Source: Eledone cirrhosa (Eukaryota). From it: a DNA stretch of 64,000 nt. This document shows positions 41,401-59,400 of the stretch, in pieces (positions within the stretch are counted from its first letter, which is position 1; every line of letters begins with the position of its first letter). The DNA lies in contig OZ024745.1 in NCBI GenBank assembly GCA_964016885.1, positions 6,882,001 through 6,946,000 on the forward strand. Direction: 5' to 3'. The notes under the pieces were generated by a model. It saw only the letters and a list, made by a program, of their open reading frames with translations, did not search any database and was not told the DNA's origin. Position numbers and translations under genes: made by a program.

Positions 41401-44400
41401 GCATAGTATATATAGTATTTATATAGCATATATAGTATTGCATAGTATATATAGTATTGTATAGTATATATAGGATTGTATAGTATATATAGTATCGTAT
41501 ATAGTATATATAGTATTGAATAGTATATATAGTATTGTATATAGTATATATAGTATTGTATATAGTATATATAGTATTGTATATAGTATATATAGTATTG
41601 TATATAGTATATATAGTATTGTATAGTATATATAGAATTGTATATAGTATATATAGAATTGTATATAGTATATATAGTATTGTATAGTATATATAGTATT
41701 TTATAGTATATATAGTATTTTATAGTATATATAGTATTGTATAGTATATATAATATTGTATAGTATATATAGTATTGTATAGTATATATAGTATTGTATA
41801 GTATATATAGTATTGTATAGTATATATAGTATTGTATATAGTATATATAGTATTGTATAGTATATATAGTATTGTATAGTAAATATAGAATTGTATATAG
41901 TATATGTAGTATTGTATATAGTATATATAGTATTGTATAGTATATATAGTATTGTATAGTATATATAGTATTGTATATAGTATAGACTATAGTATATATA
42001 GTATTGCATAGTATATATACTATTGTATAGTATATATAGGATTGTATTGTATATATAGTATTGTATAGAGTATATATAGTATTGTATATAGTATATATAG
42101 TATTGTATATAGTATTGTATATAGTATATATAGTATTGTATATAGTATATATAGTATTGTATAGTATATATAGTATTGTATATAGTATATATAGTATTGT
42201 ATATAGTATATATAGTATTGTATAGTATATATAGTATTGTATAGAATATATAGTATTGTATACAGTATATGAAGTATTGCATAGTATATATAGTATTGTA
42301 TAGTATATATAGTAGTGTATAGTATATATAGTAGTGTATAGTATATATAGTAGTGTATAGTATATATAGTAGTGTATAGTATATATAGTAGTGTATAGTA
42401 TATATAGTAGTGTATAGTATATATAGTATTGTATATAGTATATATAGTATTGTATATAGTATATATAGTATTGTATATAGTATATATAGTATTGTATATA
42501 GTATATATAGTATTGTATATAGTATATATAGTATTGTATAGTATATATAGTATTGTATAATATATATAGTATTGTATAGTATATATAGTATTGTATAGTA
42601 TATATAGTATATATAGTATATATAGTATATATAGTATTGTATAGTATATATAGTATATATAGTATATATAGTATATATAGTATTGTATAGTATATATAGT
42701 ATTGTATAGTGTATATAGTATTGGATAGTATATATCGTATTGGATAGTATATATAGTATTGGATAGTATATATAGGATTGTATAGTATATATAGTATTGT
42801 ATAGTATATATAGTATTGTATAGTATATATAGTATTGTATATAGTATATATAGTTTTGTATAGTATATAGTATTGCATAGTATATAGAGCAGATATAGTA
42901 TTGTATAGTATATATAGTATTGTATATAGTATATATATATAGTATTGTATAGTATATATAGTAATGTATAGTATATATAGTATTGTATATAGTATATATA
43001 GTATTGTAATATATATATAGTATTGTAATATATATATAAGATTGTATAGTATATATAGTATTGTATAGTATATATAGAATTGTGTATAGTATATATAGTA
43101 TTGTATAATATATATAGTATTGTATAGTATATATAGTATTGTATATAGTATATATAGTATTGTATATAGTATATATAGTATTGTATAGTATATATAGTAT
43201 TGTATGTAATATATATAGTATTGTATAGGATATATAGTAATGTGTATAGTATATATAGTAATGTGTATAGTATATATAGTAATGTATATAGTATATATAG
43301 TATTGTATATAGTATATATAGTATTGTATATAGTATATATAGTATTGTATAGTATATATAGTATTGTATATAATATATATAGTATTGTATATAATATATA
43401 TAGTATTTTATAGTATATATAGTATTGTCTATTTATATATAATATTGTATATTATTGTATAGAATATAGTATATATAGTATTGTATATTATTGTATAGAA
43501 TATAGTATTGTATAGTATATATAGTATTGTATAGTATATATAGTATTGTATATGGTATATATAGTATTGCATAGTATATATAGGATTGCATAGTAGATAT
43601 AGTATAGTATATAGTATATATAGTATTGTATATAGTATATATAGTATTGTATATAGTATATATAGTATTGCATAGTATATATAGTATTGTATATAGTATA
43701 AATAGTATTGCATAGTATATATAGCATATATAGTATTGTATAGTATATATAGTATTGTATAGTATATATAGTATTGTATAGTATATATAGTATAATATAG
43801 TATATATAGTATTGTATAGTATATATAGTATTGTATAGTATATATAGTATTGTATAGTATATATATAGTATTGTATAGTATATATATAGTATTGTATAGT
43901 ATATATATAGTATTGTATATAGTATATATATAGTATTGTATATAGTATATATATAGTATTGTATAGTATATATATAGTATTGTATATAGTATATATATAG
44001 TATTGTAATAGTATATATATAGTATTGTATAGTATATATAGTATTGTATAGTATATATAGTATTGTATAGTATATATAGTATTGTATAGTATATATAGTA
44101 TTGTATAGTATATATAGTATTGTATAGTATTATATGGTATATATAGTATTGTATAGTATATATAGTATTGTATAGTATATATAGTATTGTATAGTATATA
44201 TATCGTATATAGTATATATAATATTGTATAGTATATATAATATTGTATAGTATATATAATATTGTATAGTATATATAGCATTCTATATAGTATATATGGC
44301 ATTATATAATATATATAATATTGTGTATAGTATATATAGTATTGTATATAGTATATATAGTATTGTATAACATATATAGTATTGTATATAGTATATATAG

Positions 44401-47400
44401 TATTATATAGTATATATAGCATTGCATATAGTATATATAGTATTGTATAGTATATATAGTATATGTACTATTGTATATAGTATATGTAGTATTGTATATA
44501 GCATATATAGTATTGTATAGTATATATAGTATAGTATATATATTATAGTATATATAGTATTTTATATAGTATATATAGTATTTTATATAGTATATATAGT
44601 ATTGTATAGTGTATATCGTATTGTATAGTATATATAATAGTGTATAGTATATATAATAGTGTATTGTATATATATTATTGTATAGTATATATAGTATTGT
44701 ATATAGTATATATAGTATTGTATATAGTATATATAGTATTGTATATAGTATATATAGTGTTGTGTAGTATATATAGTAGTGTATAGTATATATAGTAGTG
44801 TATAGTATATATAGTAGTGTATTTTATATATAGTAGTGTATAGTATGTAGTGTATAGTATATAGAGTATAGTATATAGAGTATTGTATATAGTATTGTAT
44901 AGTATATATAGTATTGTATATAGTATATATAGTAATGTAATATATATATAGTATTATAATATATATATAGTATTGTAATATATATATAGTATTGTATAGT
45001 ATATATAGTATTGTATAGTATATATAGTATTGTATAGTATATATAGTATTGTATAGTATATATAGTATTGTGTATAGTATATATAGTATTGTGTATAGTA
45101 TATATAGTATTGTATAGTATATATATTATTGTATATAGTATATATAGTATTGTATATAGTATTGTATATAGTATTGTATATAGTATATATAGTATTGTAT
45201 TGTATATATAGTATTGTATTGTATATATAGTATTGTATATAATATATATAGTATTGTATAGTATATATAGTATTGTATAGTATATATAGTAATGTGTATA
45301 GTATATATAGTAATGTGTATAGTATATATAGTAATGTGTATAGTATATATAGTAATGTGTATAGTATATAGAGTAATGTGTATAGTATATATAGTAATGT
45401 GTATAGTATATATAGTAATGTATATGGTATATACAGTAATGTATATAGTATATATAGTAATGTATATAGTATATATAGTATTGTATATAGTATATATAGT
45501 ATTATATATAGTATATATAGTATTTTATATAGTATATATCGTATTGTATAGTATATATAGTATTGTATATAATATATATAGTATTGTATATAATATATAT
45601 AGTATTGTATAGTATATATAGTATTGTATATTGTATATATAATATTGTATATTATTGTATAGAATATAGTATATATAGTATTGTATAGAATATAGTATAT
45701 ATTGTATTGTATAGTATATATAATATTGTATAGTATATATAGTATTGTATATGGTATATATAGTATGGTATATGGTATATATAGTATTGTATATGTTAAA
45801 TATAGTATTGTATAGTATATATAGTATTGTATATAGTATATATAGTATTGCATAGTATATATAGTATTGCATAGTATATATAGGATTATATAGTAGATAT
45901 AGTATTGTATATAGTATATATAGTATTGTATTGTATATTGTATAGTATATATAGTATTGTATATTATATATAGTATTATATAGTATTGTATAGTATATAT
46001 AGTATCGTATAGTATTATATAGTATATATATTATTGTATAGTATATATATTATTGTATAGTATATATATTATTGTATAGTATATATATTATTGTATAGTA
46101 TATATAGTATTGTATAGTATATATAGTATTGTATAGTATATACAGTATTGTATAGTATATATAGAATTTTATAGTATATATAGTATTGTATATAGTATTG
46201 TATATAGAATTGTATATAGTATATATATAGTATTGTATAGTATATATAGTATTTATATAGTATATATGGTATTGTATAGTATATATAGTATTTATATAGT
46301 ATATATGGTATTGTATAGTATATATAGTATTGTATATAGTATATATAGTATTGTATAGTATATAGAATATTGTGTATAGTATATATAATATTGCATAAAG
46401 TATATATAGTATTGTATATAGTATATATGGTATTGTATAGTATATATAGTATTGTATAGTATGTAAGGTATTATATAGTATATGTAGTATTGTATAAAGT
46501 ATTGTATATCTTATATATAGTATTTTATAGTAGATATATCGTATTGTATAGTACATATCGTATTGTATATAGTATATATAGTATTGTATATAGTATTGTA
46601 TAGTATATATAGTATTTATAGTATATATAGTATTGTATAGTATATATATTGTATTGTATAGTATATATATTGTATTGTATAGTATATATCGTATTGTATA
46701 TATAATATTGTATAGAATATATAGTATTGTATATAGTACATAGGGTATTGTATAGTATATATAGTATTGTATACAGTATATATAGTATTGTATAGTATAT
46801 ATAGTATTTATATATTATATATAGTATTGCATAGTATATATAGTATTTTATGTTATATATAGTATGTTATGGTATATATAGTATTGTATAGTATATATAT
46901 TATTGTATATTGTATCGTATAGTATATATAGTATTTATATAGTATATATAGTATTTATATAGTATATATAGTATTGCATAGTATATATATAGTATTGTAT
47001 AGTATATATAGGATTGTATATAGTATATATAGTATTGTATATAGTATATATAGTATTGTATATAGTATATATATTATTGTATAGTACATATATTATTGTA
47101 TAGTACATATAGTATTGTATATTATATATAATATTGTATAGTATATATAGTATAGTATATAGTATTGTATATAGTATTGTATATATATATAGTATTGTAT
47201 AGTACATATAGTATTGTATAGTATATATAGTATTGCATAGTATATATAGTATTGTATAGTACATATAGTATTGTATAGTATATATAGTATTGCATAGTAT
47301 ATATAGTATTGTATAGTATATATATAGTATTGTATAGTATGTATAGTATTGTATAGTATATATAGTATTGTATAGTATATATAGTATTGTATAGTATATA

Positions 47401-50400
47401 TAGTATTGTATAGTATATATAGTATTGTTTAGTATATATAGTATTGTATATAATATATATAATATTATATAATCTATATAGTATTCTATAATATAGTATT
47501 GTATAGTATATATAGTATTGTATATAGTATATATAGTATTGTATAGTATATATAGTATTGTATAGTATATATAGTATTGTATAGTATATATAGTATTGTA
47601 TAGTATATATAGTATTGTATATAGTATATATAGTATTGTATATAGTATATATAGTATTGTATATATTATATATATAGTATTGTATAGTATATATAGAATC
47701 GTATAGTATATAAAGTATTGTATAGTATATAAAGTATTGTATAGCATATATAGTATTGTATAGTATATATAGTATTGTATAGTATATATAGTATTGTATA
47801 GTATATATAGTATTGTATAGTATATATAGTATTGTATAGTATATATAGTATTGTATATAGTATATATAGTATTGTATATAGTATATATAGGATTGTATAG
47901 TATATATAGGATTGTATAGTATATATAGTATTGTATATAGTATTGTATAGTATTGTATATAGTATATATAGGATTGTATAGTATATATAGGATTGTATAG
48001 TATATATAGTATTGTATAGTATATATAGTATTGTATATAGTATTGTATAGTATATATAGTATTGTTTAGTATATATTGTATTGTATATAATATATATAAT
48101 ATTATATGATCTATATAGTATTCTATAATATAGTATTGTATAGTATATATAGTATTGTATATAGTAATGTATAGTATATATAGTATTGTATAGTATATAT
48201 AGTATTGTATAGTATATATAGTATTGTATAGTATATATAGTATTGTATATAGTATATATAGTATTGTAAATAGTATATATAGTATTGTATATAGTATATA
48301 TAGTATTATATAGTATATATAGTATTGAATATTATATATAGTATTGTATAGTATATATAGTATTGTATATAGTATATATATTAATGTATTATATATATAA
48401 TATTGTATAGTATATATAGTATTGTATAGTATATATAGTATTGTATAGTATATATAGTATTGTATAGTATATATAGTATTGTATAGCATATATATTATTG
48501 TATATAGTAGTGTATAGTATATATATAGTATTGTATAGTATATATAATATTGTATAGTATATATAGTATTGTATAGTATATATAATATTGTATAGTATAT
48601 ATAGTATTGTATAGCATATATATTATTGTATATAGTATATATAGTATTGTATAGTATATATAGTATTGTATAGTATATATAGTATATATAGTATTGTATA
48701 GTATATATAGTATTGTATAGTATATATAGTATTGTATATAGTATATATAGTATTGTATATAGTATATATAGTATTGTATATAGTATATATAGCATTGTAT
48801 AGTATATATAGTATTGAATAGTATATATAGTATTGTATAGTATATATAGTATTGTATAGTATATATAGTATTGTATAGTATATATAGTATTGTATAGTAT
48901 ATATATAGTATTGTATAGTATATATAGTATTGTATATAGTATATATATATAGCATTCTATAGTATATATAGTATTGTATAGTATATATAGTATTGTATAG
49001 TACATATAGTATTGTATAGTATATATAGTATTGTATAGTATATATAAAGTATTGTATAGTATATATATATCGTATTGTTATTAGTATATAGAGTATTGTA
49101 TATAGTATATATAGTATTGTATATAGTATATATAGATTTGTATAGTATATATAGTATTGTATATAGTATATATAGATTTGTATAGTATATATAGTATTGT
49201 ATATAGTATATATAGTATTATGCATAGTATATATAGTATATATAGTATTGCATAGTATATATAGTATTGTATAGTATATATAGTAGTGTATAGTATATAT
49301 AGGATTGTATAGTATATATAGTATTGTATATAGTATATATAGTATTGCATAGTATATATAGTATTGTATAGTATATATAGTAGTGTATAGTATATATAGG
49401 ATTGTATAGTATATATAGTATTGTATATAGTATATATAGTATTGAATAGTATATATAGTATTGTATATAGTATATATAGTATTGTATAGTATATATAGTT
49501 TTGTATAGTATATATAGTTTTGTATAGTATATATAGTATTGTATATAGTATATATAGTATTGTATAGTATATATAGTATGTTATAGTATATATAGTATTT
49601 TATAGTATATATAGTATTGTATATAGTATATATATGGTATTGTATAGTATATATAGTATTGTATATAGTATATATAGTATTGTGCATAGTATATATAGTA
49701 TTTATATAGTATATATAGTATTGCATAGTATATATAGTATTGTATAGTATATATAGTATTGTATAGCATATATAGTATTGTATAGCATATATAGTATTGT
49801 ATAGTATATATAGTATTGTTTAGTATATATAGTATTGTATATAATATATATAATATTATATAATCTATATAGTATTCTATAATATAGTATTGTATAGTAT
49901 ATATAGTATTGTATATAGTATATATAGTATTGTATATAGTATATATAGTATTGTATATAGTATATATAGTATTGTATAGTATATATAGTATTGTATAGTA
50001 TATATAGTATTGTATATAATATATATAGTATTGTATATATTATATATAGTATTGTATATAGTATATATAGTATTGTATAGTATATATAGAATCGTATAGT
50101 ATATAAAGTATTGTATAGTATATAAAGTATTGTATAGTATATATAGTATTGTATAGCATATATAGTATTGTATAGTATATATAGTATTGTATAGTATATA
50201 TAGTATTGTATAGTATATATAGTATTGTATAGTATATATAGTATTGTATAGTATATATAGTATTGTATAGTATATATAGTATTGTATATAGTATATATAG
50301 TATTGTATATAGTATATATAGGATTGTATAGTATATATAGGATTGTATAGTATATATAGTATTGTATATAGTATTGTATAGTATATATAGTATTGTTTAG

Positions 50401-53400
50401 TATATATTGTATTGTATATAATATATATAATATTATATAATCTATATAGTATTCTATAATATAGTATTGTATAGTATATATAGTATTGTATATAGCATAT
50501 ATAATATTGTATAGTCTATATAGTATTGTAAATAGCATATATAGTATTGTATCGTATATATAGTATTGTATAGTATATATAGTATTGTATAGTATATATA
50601 GTATTGTATAGTATATATAGTATTGTATAGTATATATAGTATTGTATAGTATATATAGTATTGTATAGTATATATAGTATTGTATAGTATATATAGTATT
50701 GTATATAGTATATATAGTATTGTATATAGTATATATAGTATAATATATGGTATATATAGTATTGTATTTGGTATATATATTATTGTATAGTATCTATAGT
50801 ATTGTATAGTATATATAGTATTGTATATAGTAATGTATAGTATATATAGTATTGTATAGTATATATAGTATTGTATAGTATATATAGTATTGTATATAGT
50901 ATATATAGTATTGTAAATAGTATATATAGTATTGTATATAGTATATATAGTATTATATAGTATATATAGTATTGAATATTATATATAGTATTGTATAGTA
51001 TATATAGTATTGTATATAGTATATATATTAATGTATAGTATATATAATATTGTATAGTATATATAGTATTGTATAGTATATATAGTATTGTATAGTATAT
51101 ATAGTATTGTACAGTATATATAGTATTGTATAGCATATATATTATTGTATATAGTAGTGTATAGTATATATATAGTATTGTATAGTATATATAATATTGT
51201 ATAGTATATATAGTATTGTATAGTATATATAATATTGTATAGTATATATAGTATTGTATAGCATATATATTATTGTATATAGTATATATAGTATTGTATA
51301 GTATATATAGTATTATATAGTATATATAGTATTGTATATAGTATATATAGTATTGTATATAGTATATATAGTATTGTATATAGTATATATAGTATTGTAT
51401 ATATTATATATATTATTGTATATAGTATATATAGTATTGTATAGTATATATAGAATCGTATAGTATATAAAGTATTGTATAGTATATAAAGTATTGTATA
51501 GCATATATAGTATTGTATAGTATATATAGTATATATAGTATATATAGTATATATAGTATTGTATAGTATATATAGTATATATAGTATATATAGTATATAT
51601 AGTATTGTATAGTATATATAGTATTGTATATACTATATACAGTATTGCATAGTATATATAGTATTGTATAGTGTATATAGTATTGGATAGTATATATCGT
51701 ATTGGATAGTATATATAGTATTGGATAGTATATATAGTATTGTATAGTATATATAGTATTGTATAGTATATATAGTATTGTATAGTATATATAGTATTGT
51801 ATAGCATATATATTATTGTATATAGTATATATAGTATTGTATAGTATATATAGTATTGTATAGTATATATAGTATTGTATAGTATATATAGTATTGTATA
51901 GTATATATAGTATTGTATATAGTATATATAGTATTGTATATATTATATATAGTATTGTATATAGTATATATAGTATTGTATAGTATATATAGAATCGTAT
52001 AGTATATAAAGTATTGTATAGTATATAAAGTATTGTATAGCATATATAGTATTGTATAGTATATATAGTATTGTATAGTATATATAGTATTGTATAGTAT
52101 ATATAGTATTGTATAGTATATATAGTATTGTATATAGTATATATAGTATTGTATATAGTATATATAGGATTGTATAGTATATATAGGATTGTATAGTATA
52201 TATAGTATTGTATATAGTATTGTATAGTATTGTATATAGTATATATAGGATTGTATAGTATATATAGGATTGTATAGTATATATAGTATTGTATAGTATA
52301 TATAGTATTGTATATAGTATTGTATAGTATATATAGTATTGTTTAGTATATATTGTATTGTATATAATATATATAATATTATATGATCTATATAGTATTC
52401 TATAATATAGTATTGTATAGTACATATAGTATTGTATATAGCATATATAGTATTGTATAGTCTATATAGTATTGTAAATAGCATATATAGTATTGTATCG
52501 TATATATAGTATTGTATAGTATATATAGTATTGTATAGTATATATAGTATTGTATAGTATATATAGTATTGTATATAGTATATATAGTATTGTTTATAGT
52601 ATATATAGTATAGTATATGGTATATATAGTATTGTATATGGTATATATATTATTGTATAGTATCTATAGTATTGTATAGTATATATAGTATTGTATATAG
52701 TAATGTATAGTATATATAGTATTGTATAGTATATATAGTATTGTATAGTATATATAGTATTGTATAGTATATATAGTATTTTATAGTATATATAGTATTG
52801 TATATAGTATATATAGTATTGTAAATAGTATATATAGCATTGTATATAGTATATATAGTATTATATAGTATATATAGTATTGAATATTATATATAGTATT
52901 GTATAGTATATATAGTATTGTATATAGTATATATATTAATGTATTATATATATAATATTGTATAGTATATATAGTATTGTATAGTATATATAGTATTGAT
53001 AGTATATATAGTATTGTATAGTATATATAGTATTGTATAGCATATATATTATTGTATATAGTAGTGTATAGTATATATATAGTATTGTATAGTATATATA
53101 ATATTGTATAGTATATATAGTATTGTATAGTATATATAATATTGTATAGTATATATAGTATTGTATAGCATATATATTATTGTATATAGTATATATAGTA
53201 TTGTATAGTATATATAGTATTGTATAGTATATATAGTATATATAGTATTGTATAGTATATATAGTATTGTATAGTATATATAGTATTGTATATAGTATAT
53301 ATAGTATTGTATATAGTATATATAGTATTGTATATAGTATATATAGCATTGTATAGTATATATAGTATTGAATAGTATATATAGTATTGTATAGTATATA

Positions 53401-56400
53401 TAGTATTGTATAGTATATATAGTATTGTATAGTATATATAGTATTGTATAGTATATATATAGTATTGTATAGTATATATAGTATTGTATATAGTATATAT
53501 ATATAGCATTCTATAGTATATATAGTATTGTATAGTATATATAGTATTGTATAGTACATATAGTATTGTATAGTATATATAGTATTGTATAGTATATATA
53601 GTATTGTATAGTATATATAAAGTATTGTATAGTATATATATATCGTATTGTTATTAGTATATAGAGTATTGTATATAGTATATATAGTATTGTATATAGT
53701 ATATATAGATTTGTATAGTATATATAGTATTGTATATAGTATATATAGATTTGTATAGTATATATAGTATTGTATATAGTATATATAGTATTGTGCATAG
53801 TATATATAGTATATATAGTATTGCATAGTATATATAGTATTGTATAGTATATATAGTAGTGTATAGTATATATAGGATTGTATAGTATATATAGTATTGT
53901 ATATAGTATATATAGTATTGCATAGTATATATAGTATTGTATAGTATATATAGTAGTGTATAGTATATATAGGATTGTATAGTATATATAGTATTGTATA
54001 TAGTATATATAGTATTGAATAGTATATATAGTATTGTATATAGTATATATAGTATTGTATAGTATATATAGTTTTGTATAGTATATGTAGTTTTGTATAG
54101 TATATATAGTATTGTATATAGTATATATAGTATTGTATAGTATATATAGTATTTTATAGTATATATAGTATTTTATAGTATATATAGTATTGTATACAGT
54201 ATATATATGGTATTGTATAGTATATATATTATTGTATATAGTATTGTGCATAGTATATATAGTATTTATATAGTATATATAGTATTGCATAGTATATATA
54301 GTATTGTATAGTATATATAGTATTGTATAGCATATATAGTATTGTATAGCATATATAGTATTGTATAGTATATATAGTATTGTTTAGTATATATAGTATT
54401 GTATATAATATATATAATATTATATAATCTATATAGTATTCTATAATATAGTATTGTATAGTATATATAGTATTGTATATAGTATATATAGTATTGTATA
54501 TAGTATATATAGTATTGTATAGTATATATAGTATTGTATAGTATATATAGTATTGTATATAGTATATATAGTATTGTATATATTATATATAGTATTGTAT
54601 ATAGTATATATAGTATTGTATAGTATATATAGAATCGTATAGTATATAAAGTATTGTATAGTATATAAAGTATTGTATAGTATATATAGTATTGTATAGC
54701 ATATATAGTATTGTATAGTATATATAGTATTGTATAGTATATATAGTATTGTATAGTATATATAGTATTGTATAGTATATATAGTATTGTATATAGTATA
54801 TATAGTATTGTATATAGTATATATAGGATTGTATAGTATATATAGGATTGTATAGTATATATAGTATTGTATATAGTATTGTATAGTATATATAGTATTG
54901 TTTAGTATATATTGTATTGTATATAATATATATAATATTATATAATCTATATAGTATTCTATAATATAGTATTGTATAGTATATATAGTATTGTATATAG
55001 CATATATAATATTGTATAGTCTATATAGTATTGTAAATAGCATATATAGTATTGTATCGTATATATAGTATTGTATAGTATATATAGTATTGTATAGTAT
55101 ATATAGTATTGTATAGTATATATAGTATTGTATAGTATATATAGTATTGTATAGTATATATAGTATTGTATAGTATATATAGTATTGTATATAGTATATA
55201 TAGTATTGTATATAGTATATATAGTATAATATATGGTATATATAGTATTGTATTTGGTATATATATTATTGTATAGTATCTATAGTATTGTATAGTATAT
55301 ATAGTATTGTATATAGTAATGTATAGTATATATAGTATTGTATAGTATATATAGTATTGTATAGTATATATAGTATTGTATAGTATATATAGTATTGTAT
55401 AGTAGATATAGTATTGTATATAGTATATATAGTATTGTAAATAGTATATATAGTATTGTATATAGTATATATAGTATTATATAGTATATATAGTATTGAA
55501 TATTATATATAGTATTGTATAGTATATATAGTATTGTATATAGTATATATATTAATGTATAGTATATATAATATTGTATAGTATATATAGTATTGTATAG
55601 TATATATAGTATTGTATAGTATATATAGTATTGTATAGTATATATAGTATTGTATAGCATATATATTATTGTATATAGTAGTGTATAGTATATATATAGT
55701 ATTGTATAGTATATATAATATTGTATAGTATATATAGTATTGTATAGTATATATAATATTGTATAGTATATATAGTATTGTATAGCATATATATTATTGT
55801 ATATAGTATATATAGTATTGTATAGTATATATAGTATTATATAGTATATATAGTATTGTATAGTATATATAGTATTGTATATAGTATATATAGTATTGTA
55901 TATAGTATATATAGCATTGTATAGTATATATAGTATTGAATAGTATATATAGTATTGTATAGTATATATAGTATTGTATAATATATATCTAGTATTGTAT
56001 AGTATATATAGTATTGTATATATATATAGCATTCTATAGTATATATAGTATTGTATAGTATATATAGTATTGTATAGTATATATAGTATTGTATAGTATA
56101 TATAGTATTGTATAGTATATATAGTATTGTATAGTATATATAGTATTGTATAGTATATATAATATTGTATAGTATATATAAAGTATTGTATAGTATATAT
56201 ATATCGTATTGTTATTAGTATATAGAGTATTGTATATAGTATATATAGTATTGTATATAGTATATATAGATTTGTATAGTATATATAGTATTGTATATAG
56301 TATATATAGATTTGTATAGTATATATAGTATTGTATATAGTATATATAGTATTGTGCATAGTATATATAGTATTTATATAGTATATATAGTATTGCATAG

Positions 56401-59400
56401 TATATATAGTATTGTATAGTATATATAGTAGTGTATAGTATATATAGGATTGTATAGTATATATAGTATTGTATATAGTATATATAGTATTGTATAGTAT
56501 ATATAGTAGTGTATAGTATATATAGGATTGTATAGTATATATAGTATTGTATATAGTATATATAGTATTGCATAGTATATATAGTATTGTATAGTATATA
56601 TAGTAGTGTATAGTATATATAGGATTGTATAGTATATATAGTATTGTATATAGTATATATAGTATTGAATAGTATATATAGTATTGAATAGTATATATAG
56701 TATTGAATAGTATATATAGTATTGTATATAGTATATATAGTATTGTATATAGTATATATAGTATTGTATAGTATATATAGTTTTGTATAGTATATATAGT
56801 ATTGTATATAGTATATATAGTATTGTATAGTATATAGAGTATTTTATAGTATATATAGTATTTTATAGTATATATAGTATTTTATAGTATATATAGTATT
56901 GTATATAGTATATATATGGTATTGTATAGTATATATAGTATTGTATATAGTATATATAGTATTGTGCATAGTATATATAGTATTTATATAGTATATATAG
57001 TATTGCATAGTATATATAGTATTGTATAGTATATATAGTATTGTATAGCATATATAGGATTGTATAGTATATATAGTATTGTATATAGTATATATAGTAT
57101 TGAATAGTATATATAGTATTGTATATAGTATATATAGTATTGTATAGTATATATAGTTTTGTATAGTATATATAGTATTGTATATAGTATATATAGTATT
57201 GTATAGTATATATAGTATTTTATAGTATATATAGTATTGTATAGTATATATAATATTGTATAGTATATATAATATTGTATAGTATATATAGTATTGTATA
57301 GTATATATAGTATTGTATATAGTATATATAGTATTGTATATAGTATATATAGTATTGTATATAGTATATATAGTATTGTATAGTATATATAGTATTGTAT
57401 AGTATATATAGTATTGTATAGTATATATAGTATTGTATAGTATATACAGTATTGCATATAGTATATGTAGTATTGTATATAGTATATATAGTATTGTATA
57501 GTATATATAGTATTGTATAGTATATATAGTATTGTATATAGTATAGACTATAGTTTATATAGTATTGCATAGTATATATACTATTGTATAGTATATATAG
57601 GATTGTATAGTATATATAGTATTGTATATAGTATATATAGTATTGTATATAGTATATATAGTATTGTATATAGTATTGTATATAGTATATATAGTATTGT
57701 ATATAGTATATATAGTATTGTATAGTATATATAGTATTGTATAGTATATATAGTATTGTATAGTATATATAGTATTGTATAGTATATTAAGTATTGTATA
57801 CAGTATATGAAGTATTGCATAGTATATATAGAATTGTATAGTATATATAGTAGTGTATAGTATATATAGTAGTGTATATAGTATATATAGTAGTGTATAT
57901 AGTATATATAGTAGTGTATATAGTATATATATTATTGTATATAGTATATATAGTATTGTATATAGTATATATAGTATTGTATATAGTATATATAGTATTG
58001 TATAATATATATAGTATTGTATAGTATATATAGTATTGTATAGTATATATAGTATTGTATAGTATATATAGTATATATAGTATATATAGTATTGTATAGT
58101 ATATATAGTATTGTATATACTATATACAGTATTGCATAGTATATATAGTATTGTATAGTGTATATTAGTATTGGATAGTATATATTAGTATTGGATAGTA
58201 TATATAGGATTGTATAGTATATATAGTATTGTATAGTATATATAGTATTGTATAGTATATATAGTATTGTATATAGTATATATAGTATTGTATAGTATAT
58301 ATAGTATTGTATAGTATATATAGTATTGTATAGTATATATAGTATTGTATATTATATATAGTATTGTATAGTATATATAGTATAGTATATATAGTATTGT
58401 ATATAGTATATATATATAGTATTGTATATAGTATATATATATAGTATTGTATATAGTATATATATATAGTATTGTATATAGTATATATATATAGTATTGT
58501 ATATAGTATATATATATAGTATTGTATAGTATATATATATAGTATTGTATAGTATATATAGTATTGTATAGTATATATAGTATTGTATATAGTATATATA
58601 GTATTGTAATATATATATAGTATTGTAATATATATATAGTATTGTAATATATATATAGTATTGTAATATATATATAGTATTGTATAGTATATATAGTATT
58701 GTATAGTATATATAGTATTGTGTGTAGTATATATAGTATCGTATAATATATATAGAATTGTATAGTATATATAGTATTGTATATAGTATATATAATATTG
58801 TATATAGTATATATAGTATTGTATATAGTATATATAGTATTGTATATAGTATATATAGTATTGTATATAGTATATATAGTATTGTATATAGTATATATAG
58901 TATTGTATATAGTATATATAGTATTGTATATAGTATTGTATATAGTATATATAGTATTGTATATAGTATATATAGTATTGTATAGTATATATAGTGTTGT
59001 ATATAATATATATAGTATTGTATAGGATATATAGTTATGTGTATAGTATATATAGTATTGTATAGAGTATATATTATTGTATAGTATATATAGTATTGTA
59101 TAGTATATATAGTATTGTATATGGTATATATAGTATTGTATATGGTATATATAGTATTGTATATGGTATATATAGTATTGTATAGTATATATAGTATTGT
59201 ATATAGTATATATAGTATTGCATAGTATATATAGTATTGCATAGTATATATAGGATTATATAGTATTGTATATAGTATATATAGTATTGTATTGTATAGT
59301 ATATATAGTATTGTATAGTATATATAGTATATATAGTATTGTATAGTATATATAGTATTGTATAGTATGTATTGTATAGTATATATATATTGTATTGTTA

